Part shown: one piece after another, positions 8,735-21,900 of the stretch
Layout: every line of letters begins with the position of its first letter
Position numbering within the stretch: the stretch's first letter is position 1
Origin: Mytilus trossulus
Lineage: Eukaryota
Assembly: GCF_036588685.1 (NCBI RefSeq)
Contig: NC_086382.1
Span: forward strand, 46,810,001 to 46,874,000
Direction: 5' to 3'
DNA: 64,000 nt
Position numbers and translations under genes: made by a program
The notes under the pieces: generated by a model
The model's database searches: none
What the model was told of the DNA's origin: nothing
What the model saw: only the letters and a program-made list of their open reading frames with translations

Positions 8735-10457
8735 GTGGTCATTTGGTGAATTGATTTATCCCGCTAGATTGTTTACATAGAGATAAACCGGAAGTTGGAT
8801 TGTCAAACAAAGAGGTACGTTCCCGCCAGTTGTCAAAATTTTTAAATCAAATTTGTGAAATAAAGATCGAAATTTGTTTAAATGTGTGTAGTGATGTGTC
8901 TTACTCCCTTTAAATATACAAATGTATATAAATATTGTCTACAATGGTTGTAGATCATGAAATCTTCAAATTTTTCAGGAGCCGTCAGAGAAAATAGCTA
9001 TCTTGCCCGAGCATGCGCACTCACTTACAGTTGTTGGGCTTCTGTTGAACAAAACGTATATACATAAAACACCAAAAAAAAATATTAATCAGCGAGACAA
9101 ACATCGGCAAAATATTCCACGCAGTATATTGGTTAAGAAAATGAAGATAAACTAAAAAAATAAAAAAAATTATCAGCAATATCAGAACAACAACTTTTGA
9201 GTCATGAAAAAGAGTTATGAATAATTTTTTGTATTAGTAAATGTTGGCGACTGCATGGTCTTTGTTGAAAGTGCACATACATCTAGATAAGAGCAGCAAG
9301 CTTCCTTGTGTTGTATATTGGTGTGTTTAGATGTTCGGTAATACAAATATTCTAAAGGCAATAGAACTTTTCCTTAACAATTTTTAAATCATTCGGAGTA
9401 TTTCACTGGTTCTTTAAGAAACAATAATTAATGTACAGCTTCCTGTGCACATTTTTTATGCCCCATTTATGGGCATTATGTTTTCTGGTCTTTGCGTCCG
9501 TTTGTCTAGCCGTTCGTTCGTTCGTTCGTCCGTTTGTCCGTTTGTCCGTCACAGAAGTTTTTGATGAATTTCCAAATTTTAATACCAAATTAGAGTTTTT
9601 ATTCCATTCCCATATTCACGGTCCACTGAACATAGAATACGATAATGCGGATGGGGCATCCGTGTACTATAGGGACACATTCTTGTTTTACATTCTTTCG
9701 AAGCGATTTTGTCCCCGCTGCCTAACGGTGGCAGAATTTCTAACGAGAGTTTTCCCTGCATTCGGAAAAATATAGGCGATTTAGAGTAGGGGAGACCATT
9801 TTTCAGAGCAGTACATTTATGGAGATATTGAAAATATGAAGGATTTTCTGTTACAAGAAGATTCATGTACCCCTGAGTAAAACAAGTTCAAGTTCAAAAC
9901 AAATATGTAGCACATAAACAAACGACAACCGCTGAATTACAGGCTCCTGACTTGGGACAGGCACATACATAAATAAACATATTATTTTTCTAATTGAAGT
10001 TTCAAATGACTTTGATTAATAGATTTAGATATATTAGCCATGCCAGAACCAGAAAGTAAACACCAATATCATCGGCCGGATTGGTAATGTGTTATCGGTA
10101 AATGAAGAAGAAGATTTATAAGGGGGATGCAATACATTTTAAGGTTAACCTGTTTTGGCCTTTTTTAAGGTGTTGTTAACTGTTATCTGAGCCGGATAAA
10201 TTTAATGCGTCAACTGTTTTCAACCCACCCTGTTAACTGTTATCGCAATTTTTACATTTGTTGTTAACTGTTTAAGCCAAAATCGAGGTGTTGTTTACAT
10301 GTTAACGGACCCCCTTCCCCTTTAATAGTCTCAGCTCACAGGGACTCGGTTTGCGGTTATATATATTATATATATATTTTAGGCAGTGTCTGCGCGTACC
10401 CGCATGCGGGTACGAATAGTCAAATTGCCGTTCTAGGCTGCGCGTACCCACATCCTG

Positions 10458-10984
10458 TTTTCTATTAAAATGCCATCGGATCGGGTATAAAACGTGAAAT
10501 ATCTACGAAAATTGTCGATAATATGGAGATATCGTGTAGAACGAGTCTCAGTGAAAAGTATGAAGATTATATTTTCAAATTGTATTTATTAGATAATAAT
10601 ACATAATAAACAATTTACATATTACTAAAAGATTATTTTAAAATATCATATGGGTATATCATCGTTTGAATTTATAAAAATCTTATTCTTTAAATTTGCA
10701 TTAAAATATTATAATTGTATTAATTTCTATCGTGTTTTTCTTTTACGTAACAGCCTACAGGGACTGTACATACAGTCAGTTCATTTTCCATCATTGTGCA
10801 TTTAATTTTGCAATTTTTATCATGCTTATTGTGTATCATTATTTAAATAATACAATTCGAAAATATTATTTTTTTCATATTCTTCACTCGTTCTACACGA
10901 AATCCCCATATTATCGATAATTTTCGTACGGTATATATTTCACGTCTCATACCCGATTCGCCGATGGCATTTTATTAGAAAACG
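10458..10984. mobile_element. Older MITE with ~90-bp imperfect inverted ends
   Basis: aaaatgccatcggatcgggtat...cgtgtagaacgagt (10467-10545) is inverted at actcgttctacacg...atacccgattcgccgatggcatttt (10886-10974). Confidence 0.7.
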
Positions 10985-11731
10985 TATAAAGCATAGAAAA
11001 AATGATATAAAAAGGTCAACGAATACACAATAAAAAATATTTAATTGCATAGATTCCAAAAATGTAGGTATTAGCTGAAGAATGGTGTGCGATAACCAGA
11101 TAAACCACTTATGATCACTTATCATTCGCATCCCCTTATCGCACCTCATATGCATATTCCCAGGAAAGATAACTCTGTTAGCATTTCCGGAAATTATATT
11201 TATAGTGAAAGTTTGCATGTCCATATTTTGAAGATTTGGTACATTTTATGTCTTTACACACACTGATCATTTAAAATATTTTGATTTTAAGTATATTTTG
11301 ATCTCCACATGAAGAGTATTTGCGATTCAATAACCTTACAACAACCATAAAAAAAATATGTAAATAAAACCATAAAAACACACCATGTCCATTTACAAAA
11401 AGGTAAACATGTTATATAATCGGCACATGCACTATTGCAGGTACTGTAGTTTATTACAAGACAGTTGCTATGTTCCAGTGTAGTGAATTGTCCTGGGCTT
11501 GATTCTAAGCTGGTACAATGGTTATATTCAATTCACTGACATAAGTAGTCTCTAAACACATTAGCTCCATGGAGCTTTCGTTAGTAGAAGCCATATTAAC
11601 TATGTGTATCAGTGAGAAAAATGTAAAAGCATAAAAATATAGTATATACCAATACACATAATTAACAGCGCCTAAGGCTATAAAACATCACCAGGCGCTG
11701 TTAATTATGTGTATTGGTATATACTATACTT

Positions 11732-12388
11732 TTATGTATTGACCAATAACAGTTTGGTCCTATGATTATATGCATTAAACAAGAATTTACACAAATTGCG
11801 CAAATCTTTTACATTTTCAGTGCTGAGAAGTTGCACTAATTTGAACGACGATGGACGTCTATAATAATAAGGTTTAATAAACTGTCTCCTTAAGTCTCTA
11901 TAGCTTTCACATTGTAAAACAAAATGGAATTCATCTTCAGTGATATTCAAATTACAAAGAGTACACTTTCTATCTAACCTATTTACTCCATGATAACGGC
12001 CTACTTCAACAAACAAATTATGAGATGACAATCTAAGGCGAGTTAAATACACTCTAAAATTCATATGTTTTATAGTTAGATAATTCTGTAAACATACATC
12101 ATTGACAATATATTTATATAAATAACACTTAGATGAAACGTTCAGTTGATCATTCAAAGTCTGTTTTGCTTGATCATATATCCTTGTTTTTACAAATAAT
12201 AGTAAATTTGTATCAATAATCAAATTGTCTTGGTTATACCAGATCTCATTTAAACCCAAGTTAAATAATAATTGTTGTAGTTGATAAATCCAACTGCTTC
12301 TAATATTACAGAAATTATACAGTTGTTCCCTGTAGCAGTTTTTAAGAATACAATTGCTTGTGGATAATAATTTGAACCAGTACTTCAG
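11732..12388 (-). mobile_element. 5'-truncated non-LTR retrotransposon fragment (RTE-X-like ORF2 C-terminus with CCHC zinc knuckle)
   Basis: Open frame LKYWFKLL...RLRLSSHNLFVEVGRY...RKCTLCNLNITEDEFHFVLQCESYRDLR, the typical C-terminal Cx2C..EDExHF..C motif. No RT core is present. Confidence 0.8.
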
Positions 12389-12631
12389 AAGTATATAAGA
12401 AGATCAATAATAAATTCTTCTGATACAATACAAAGTGGGTTAAATATGAATACAATATTAAAGTAAAACTAACTACCATTACACAAGTATCTTAATCATG
12501 TTAATAAAGCTAAGGATTTAATATATAATCATTAAGGAAAATAGTTGACTGTCCATGCTGTTTTCATTATTTTTAAAGACGTCTATTTTTTTATAATGTA
12601 ATTTTTGTAGGTTGTAACTAAGTGATTAAAG

Positions 12632-12902
12632 ATGAGTGTCTACAGCTTAGCTCCTGGGAACCGGAGCATTCCTATGTCTAATACAACACACAGTGATATG
12701 ATAATGGCTAGTTGTTTTAATAACTTCATGGTTGCTGCATGTGTTAGGTAAGAAATGAGACATGCTTGTATAATAGAAAATTTGATTCTTGTTTATTGGT
12801 ACAAAAAGTAAAATAAAAAAAATTCTGAACTCTGAGGAAAATTAAAAAAAAGAAAGTCCCAAATCAAATTGCAAAATCAAAAAAAAAAAAAAAAAAAAGA
12901 AA

Positions 12903-12940
<38 letters not shown>

Positions 12941-15900
12941 CAAAATCAAAACAGGGCTCACACTACTTCAGAATTATAGGGAGAAGTGACTTATCTTTTT
13001 GAAAACTGATAGGGAGAAGTGGTGAGATTTGAAAGAGAAGTGATCATTCGTGCGGTGCGCTACAATGTTTGGATTTTACTGTAGAATAAACGGTCATTTG
13101 TAAATAATGTTCTATTTATATTGTTCAATTTATATCTGAGTATACAATTAAAGTAACATTTCAAATTATAAGTTGTTTAAATTTTACTAAGGTCCTTGTG
13201 AGAAACTACAAAAATGTACCAACTAAATATCTAGCACTAAAAAATTTTGTTTTTAAAAAGGTAAAGAAATTATTATATAATATTCCCTATAATTTATATG
13301 GATTGTTGTAAACTATTGTAAAGTTGCTTAACTCTTAGACTATTACACTAATATCAATATATTATGACCCAGCTTACCTTTATATATCTTTTGATGAGAA
13401 ACACTGAATTTCATACACAAGATAATTTTTAATTAAATTGTAATTGATACCGTATAGCGGGTTATTTTCGCGGGGTGCAAATTTTCGCTTATTTTCGCGG
13501 ATAGAACAAAATCGCCAAAATAAGTTCCGCCAAATTAAAGGTGTACATACAAAGGTATGAATACAAGTTTTTAATCCGCCAAAATAATAACCGCCAAAAT
13601 ATTTCGTATACCTTGTTCTATGAAAATCGCGAAATTTTACACCCGCGAAAATAACCCGCTATACGGTATCAATTACAATTTAATTAAAAATTATCTTGTG
13701 TATGAAATTCAGTGTTTCTCATCAAAAGATATATAAAGGTAAGCTGGGTCATAATATATTGATATTAGTGTAATAGTCTAAGAGTTAAGCAACTTTACAA
13801 TAGTTTACAACAATCCATATAAATTATAGGGAATTATATACACCAATCAATGATGAGTTTATTTAGATGTAACCAAAAGTCTTTTAATGCGTGTGGAATG
13901 CGTTATTTTTCCTTTTGTGTTCAATATTCTTCTGTCAGCAAAAGCTCAAACACATCAAACGAATGGATAACAACTGTCATATTCTTGACTAGAATAAATG
14001 GAAGGAATTTAGAAATATGTTTTATTCAATGATGATTTGATCATGTTTAAATTCTCTCCAATTATCAAACTTAAAATTATGATTCAAGAACACACTAATC
14101 ACTACTGATTTACAGGGAGGAGTAAGAATTTAGGTTAGGTTATAATTATTCTAAGGCGAGTCCATGAGTCCTGGACTCATCAAAATCTGTCTTGACCAAC
14201 CATTTTCAAAGCTGGTGAGTCCACAGATACATCAAGATTGATATATTTTGTATAAACTGAACACAGTTAAACACAAATATCCTCATTTTATGGCAAAATT
14301 TTAAAAGGTATCTGAATTTAATGTCATTTCATTGCTCTGTTAGGAAATGGAAACTTAGATATTACATTACATTGCAATCAAATATTTTTTTTGACACCTG
14401 TGTCTTTTTTCTGTCATTCCTATTTTATCGCTTAAAAATCTGCATTTTTCTGCCTTTAAATACATGTAGCAGTAAAATCGTAATTGTTCCATGAACAGGA
14501 AGTTCAGCTACCTGTGCAAGCTGTCAAATTAAGTGACCCATTAAGTGTATGGCTTTACCTGCAGCTTTGGTGTCAAACAGATTTTTATTTAGCACCAATT
14601 AACTTAGCTTTAAGCAGTCTGCACCAAAAACTTTTTCAACTACTAGTCCGAAGACAAATATTCTGACATTTTCTTATTGGTCCAAACAAAATTTTGCAAA
14701 AACTCACTAGTCCGAATCAAATTTTACTAGTCTGGGGCATCGGACTAGTGGCTAACCGTGCAGACTGTTTAAGTCATAAATAATTTGACCTTAGACAGGG
14801 TTATCGGTCATGTCAATTGGATCTATTAAGATCTCACACAGCATCATATAAAAAATTGAGGAGCAAGTCATGCAAGTGATGTGAACTTATTTTAATAAAA
14901 TTGAATTGATGAAAATCTATTTGACTACCGGTATTATGAATAGTTTTGCATTATCATAGATTTTGCGACTTGATCCATTAGTTATGGTCCCATGGATTTT
15001 GAAAATATGATTTAGCATCCTCCATAGTTCAAATAAATAAAGATAACAAATGGTCCATTAATTTTGTAATTATGTCTGTGATAATTATTATATTGCACAG
15101 TGCATTGAATTCACTTCTGTTTAATCAACAGTTTATTTCACATAGTTAATCATCAATTGTCATTATTGTCATTAATATTCATTGCTAGTATTACAACTCA
15201 TGAGAATGCATACATCAGAAATCTGCATGAACATGTGTATCAAGTATTTGCTATTGTATGTCAATCATATTTATTTATTGATAAACCATGTTGACATATG
15301 TGTTTTTCAGGAGTTCTGTGTTGACATTTCTAGCTGTCATCACAGCATTACTATGTATTATGAAGATAGTCAAACTACATTCTAGACAACACCCATCCTG
15401 GCATCAGTATATGATATTTTATACAGCCTCATTGGAGTGCACTATTGGGTAAGAAACAATGCAACTTTTTGGGCCCTTTATAGCTTGCTGTTTGGTGTGA
15501 GTCTAGGCTCCATGTTGAAGGCTGTACTTTGACCTATAATGGTTTACTTTAATAATTTGTGACTTGGATGGAGAGTTGTCATACCACATCTTCCTATATC
15601 TATTGACAAACATTTGTTGATTTTATACAATATAAAAAAAAAGTAAAAATATACCAAAGGGGCTATCAAAAACACAAATCAAAGCAAGATAGATGACAAC
15701 ATTACAAAACAGATTCCAATGCAACAATAGTACACAAAAAATAAAGCAAGCATCTGCTGAAAACTGAACGTTTGGTGCTAAAGGCTTAGGAAGATTAACT
15801 CAGTGAAAGTCATAAAATTGATATGACAAACAAGACAGTCAATTAACTAAACTCTCATTATATTTTATATATTCAGTTATTTATAGAGTCTCTGCAGGTT

Positions 15901-18900
15901 CTATTATACAGTTCTTAAAACTTACAAATTCCACAACTGTTTGCTTGTTACTTGACACCCGTTTATTGTATTTTTCAGCTTTAAAAATGTTAAAATTGAG
16001 AAAGGAAATGGTGAATATGTCAAAGCGACAATGTATGTTTATGTCTTTTGATGAAACAGCATAGAAATATGTTTCAAATTAGATCTGATTTTCATTGAAA
16101 CCATTCTGTATACCTCATTGTAAATTGTGTATGTAATTTTTTACATGTATTTTCAGAGGAGTCCATTGGGTGATAGTAGCCTATGCACAGATGGATTTTG
16201 TACTACAGTATTTAAAGTTGATACAGTTCTTAGTGATGTGTCACTACTACTGGACTTTAGCCACCAGAGCTCTCAGGAGGGAAAGATTAACTAAATGGTA
16301 TAGATATATATATGAATGAGAGAGACACAACAAGTTGTTTTAAATGTGTATAAAATTGATAATGGAAATATGTCAAAAAGACAACAACCCGAACAAAGAG
16401 CAGATAATAGCTTAAAGCCACCAATGGGTCATCAACACAGGGAAAAAATCCTGCACCCAGAGGTGGTCCTCAGCTGGGCCGTAAATAAAATTGTGTACTA
16501 GATATATATTATAACTTAATTGTTTTGAATATAAAATACTTGTAAAACACTTAAAAATAAATCATTTATGGAAGCAAATAGTATTTTGAAATAGGTACTT
16601 TGACAGACAATACACAAAAATTACAACTGAGTAGTAATTAATCCATGTGATTAATTGTTGATTGAAAAAAAACACAAAAAAAAACAATTAAATTTAAATA
16701 TTATATTACATGTATCAATAATATGAAGCAATAAACTGCAGGTAGTAAGACATATAATGTGTTTTGAAGAATTGAATTAATATTGAAGAGTTTTGTTACA
16801 AAAAAAATGAATTATAAAAAGGAAATTACAAGTAATTTGAATAAATGTTAGTGAACTGCCTTTAATACAAAGTAAAAAATCAAAATTGCAAAACTGATCA
16901 GCACCACAAAGAGTAACTGTAGTATGTGCATATTAAAGTCGTAATTAGTGAACTGGCAAAAAAATGTTTACAGAAATTTTGTACTTAATAAAATCATATA
17001 TAAAGTATTGATTAATATGTACATTTTGTATACTGATCATGATATCCCTATGTTTAAGCAAGATTTCTTATTGTTTATGTGCAGCCTGCTTTTTTGACAT
17101 TATTTATTATATTTCCAGGGTATTACTACCAATGTTGATATGTGTGTGTATATACTTTACTGTTATAGCTATACTTGGTATAGTCCATACACAGCCGGCT
17201 TTTACAGAATGTCTACGTGAGTATAAAAGGAAGATTGATTATTTTAAATTTTGATTGTTCTTGCCATACATGATGATTTTTCAGTTACAAAGTTCAGTTT
17301 GGTTAGGAATGGCCTTTTTTACATATTTTCTGTTGTTTATTTTTTGATTTTATAACAAGGCCATGTTATGTCAAATACTATATATACACTTTTTTGGTCT
17401 TTTGGAAAATGTTGTTTGTGCTGTATTTAGACCCTTCTACAACCACATTTGTTTTACATGCACACGTATAAAAATTGCGGTTTTTATCCAACGCAATCAT
17501 AGGTTTGAATGTAGTTTTCAGTTTAGACTCGTTTATGTATTGTATATTAAATATAGATTTAAATGTCTCTTGGAAATATTAATTATTTGGAAAATGTTAT
17601 TGTGAGTGCTCTTAGGTGTACAATTAAAGTATGAGGAAGGGTGTTGGAGCTCTGTTCTTTTATTACATTACAAGTATTGCGTTTGGATATGAAGTCAGTT
17701 CATATTATTATTTTTGATCATGGTGTTTTACAGAGCCGTACTGGTTAGAATTATCAGCAGCAGAATTTGTCACTGTACAGTTATTTGCTATAGCAGGATT
17801 TTATATCACAAAGAGACTTAATGAGATCAGTACCCTCGATTCTGTAAGGTGGTCACAGAAAAGAGATTTGTGGTGGTAGGTATTTGTATATAAGTACATA
17901 TACATATATAGTGGTATGGGATTTGCTCAGTTGTTAATTTCTGTGTCATTTGGTCTCTTGTGGAGTGTTGTCTCATTGGCAATCATACCACATCTTCTTT
18001 TTTTATATAAATTGTTTTATCCTGCAATTTAAACCAGACACTTGAAATTTAGGTGTAAAAATCCAAATCATTGTCTCTAACTTTTCAAAGACATCAACAT
18101 AGTTTAAATGCAGACCCAAAATGAAATGATTCATGAAAATGAATATCTACATTATGATTACCACATGCTCTACATGGAAGCAGGGTAATAAGAGCTGGAA
18201 CAAATAAAGCAAAAATTTATTTGTGAACCTGTTATTTGTACAATAATTGCCTGATTGTAATAAATATATATATTTATCCTGATTAAGGGTAATTTTTCGC
18301 AATTTGATTGGCTGATATTGTCCTAATAAATTTCAGTACAATTTTTTTTTATCATGTCAATTGGAATTATCTCCCTTATTTATTACATAAATTGCAATTA
18401 TCTCCCTTATACCATTGACCTAATAAAAAAATAAAATTAGAGTGCAAATATTTTAAATTTTTCAGAGTTTCAGATTAAATATCTATAATATAATTGATTG
18501 ATATATTGTCCTAAAATTGAATTTAAATGTAATAGTAATTATTTTACATAACAAAATCAGATAAATGCACTACACAGTGTTCAATTGTCTTAATACGAAA
18601 TTTATCGGGTCAATAAAATTCTCGTATTAGGAAAATTGCACACTGTGTAACTAACAGTATCACTCCACTGGATTCATTTGATTGATGTGACACAATACTT
18701 ATATGAAAGTTATTATTTGAATAAAAAAAAAATACAATTGATAATGACATAAATCCTTTTCTTTTTCAAGAAATATGCAGGGCTAAGTTAGCCACGCAAT
18801 ATACCATATAAAAAAATAATGGGGAAGTGGTATGATTGCTAATGAGATCACTATCCATCAAAATGCAAATGAAGTAGATAATTATAGTATATTAAATTAT

Positions 18901-21900
18901 AGAAGAGAGGCAGAAATTGGCAAAGGGATATACAAGCTGATAAGTAAAAAAAACCACAAAACAAGAATATTTTCAGAAGTGAGATAGTAGTTAACAAAAG
19001 ATCAGTCAATATTATGATGTGACTAAATTTGTTTATGACAATCTTGCAATAACACAATCTAATCACAGGACTAAAAATCTGAGAAAAAAAACTTATTGCT
19101 CAAAATTACCATTAAAAAATGGTCACTAATTATTTTGTGTATTGAAATAAATTGTTTTATAACTTTTTTTTCTCTTCATTTAAGAATAAGTAATGAAAAA
19201 CATCAAGCGTTGTTTTATGTTGATAAATATATAATTTATTTTACTTTCAGTATTGTGGTTGTATTTGAGGTTTCTGCATTTGTGGGATTTTTGTATGATG
19301 CATTACTTAAGATATGTAAGTAAATGATGCACTGCAATTCACCGTTTCAGAATCTAATGCATTCTGGGTAATACTTTCAAAAGCGTACACAAAAACATTG
19401 TGAATGGTTTAAAACATACAAACAATGGAAATTTCGCCAATGACATAACATTATTTTCATTTTGGTGTACAAATAATGAGATTACCAATAGTACTTCAAA
19501 TTGTGGAAAGGCTTATTGTTTTCTGATAGCCTTGACCGTGAAAATACATAGACAAAGTCATTTCATTCCCAATGATTACATAACACATGTTATTTTAAAG
19601 TTTTATTCTTATTGCAATTATAATGAGGTACATAATAGAATATATAATGAGTTTTGATAGGACAAAAAACAAAAACTAGAGTCCTTAAACCATGGTTACT
19701 AGATAACCTTATACAGTTGAAAACGTAACAGTGATATTTCCTTCCTTGATATACTATACTTCCTATTTTTTCTCTGACAGCTCTTGATTTTTAAAAGCAA
19801 CTAAAATACTTTTTTATTATATATTCAGTGGGAAATGAAGATTCTGGCTGTAGCCATATATTTGTAAGTATTTAGTACTAAACTTTAACAAAAAGTACAA
19901 CTTTACATTGCATACAAAAGTTCTACAATAAATCTCTAAGGCAGACACTGCAAAATGAACAAATTATTTGAGAGAGGTTTTGATTTATGCTAATAAAGCA
20001 ACGGAATGAGTATTACATGATAAGGACTCCTGTTTTTATATCTGATGCATATAATTGTATGCAGATTACCTGAAATTGAATAATTGATCTTACATTTAAG
20101 TTCGGGATGGAAAATGTTTTTTTTATTTTGTGTTTACTATAAGTATAGCCATTTTTTGCTGCAGCATGAAAAAATAAAGTGAAAAAAAAACGAGAAGATG
20201 TGGTATGATTGCCAATGAGACAAATATCCAAAGTTCAAGTGTAGTGGATTTAAGCAATTATAGGCAACCATATAGCCTTCATCAATGAGAAAAATCCATA
20301 CCTCAAAGTCCACTTTAATAGGTCTTGACATTGAATATATGAATGAATGCAATTAATTTTTTTTTTTATAACAAAACAATAGAATAGGTCAATGTCAATA
20401 CATTTGGTCTTTTCTAGTATCTGTGCCTCATAGTTAATAACTATTACTTTTCTGACATTGACCTGATATGGTATATGTATTTGTCTTCCAGAGAGACCAG
20501 CAGGAGTTATACTCAACAGTATTTGTCGTCTTTATGGTAGGTTTCTTACAATTAATTACAATTATATAGCACACAAAAAATACATCAATTTGCATTTGAT
20601 GTATTGAAATCTTATTAAAATATTGTAAAAGAGGAAAAACAATAAAATTTTGAAAATATGATATATTTTAATAACCAATCATTGAAACCAAAATTTGAGC
20701 ATTACAATCAAATAAATTATTACACAATTTAGAGAGTGGTTGGAGTACATTGAAACAAAAGAATGTATATACATTTTGATAATGAAGTAACATATAAACA
20801 ATACCATTGACAAGACATTAAGTCTTTTGGCAGCCCCTGTGACCTGTAGAAAATATATATTTTTTTAATTTAATTTAATTACCTAAGCCTATGGGAGACA
20901 ACTCCGGATCTATTTTCTTTTATTTTATGAAATATATTGATATTTTTGAAAAGTTTCTTTCATTCTTTAAATAGGACGTGCAATAATTAAGATATGTTTG
21001 AAGTAACAAACATTATTTTAGATGAAAGAATCCAAAGAAATTTCATCTTATCAGATAACGTTGAAAACATTTTTAATTTAGATTTTGAATTACTGTGGTT
21101 GAGATCTTTTATCATTCAAAATTTAATAATTTAAAAAAAAATGTAGTTCGTCTTCAACTATGCTTAAAGTCTTTCTATCTTCTACTATTGTATGATGATC
21201 ATAAAGTCAAAAAGTTACTGTCCTATTTTCTACTCAATCACACATCACATGATGAAGTGACTGCTGCCAGTGAAGGTGATGCTGTATGTGTTACAAGAAG
21301 TCCCATACAATCCTTTATAATTAACGAGATTTTTTTCTCTACTTTAGGTGATGAAGTTACTGCTACCAATCTGGGTGATGTTGTTTGTGTTCCAGCCCGC
21401 ACCACCTATAAATGACAGTGATGATTTGATACCAGCACTTAGTGATGATGGGGTAATACATGAATAAAATAAACACTTAATGATCACTGTTCCATTAAAA
21501 CATTTATAGAACCCTTGGAATGCACTTTAAAAATGTGGTAACCATTTATAGATGCAATTTAAGGAGGTAGACCTTGGTTAAGGGAAATAACTCCTAAAAT
21601 TATCAATACGTTTGTGTCAACCATTTTCATAAATATATTCTAAGCTTCTATGTTACATTGATTATTTTCAATCTGTTTCAGGTAAATGCTCAAAATACAT
21701 TGATGAAATGTGAATTTTACAAACACATTACTGATTTAAAGAGTTATCTCCCTGAGATGAGGTCTGCCACCTTAAGATTCTATTGCCATTTGTTTTGAAA
21801 GATTTATTGTCTCATCCAAATTAGGTATTCAAAGGATTCATTATAAGAAAAATTAGTCAAATTATAACAATCATAATCCACACAACACAAATTGAACACT

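Larger units (their letters stand above)
3949..9025 (-). mobile_element. Full-length non-LTR retrotransposon (LINE), CR1/L2 group, two intact ORFs
   Basis: ORF1 7955-8734 and ORF2 4124-7672 are both uninterrupted. The 3' tail reads (AAG)n on - (cttctt... at 3949-3964). A 7-bp TSD tacagtt lies at 3942-3948 and 9026-9032. The 5' UTR is about 290 nt. Confidence 0.93.

Noticed and set aside
4461-8754. Several + strand ORFs overlapping the LINE
   Set aside because: Antisense shadows of ORF1 and ORF2, with no recognisable motifs.
10030-10097. Possible non-coding first exon of the 7TM gene (donor TCG|GTAAAT)
   Set aside because: The position is plausible but the donor is weak and there is no independent evidence.
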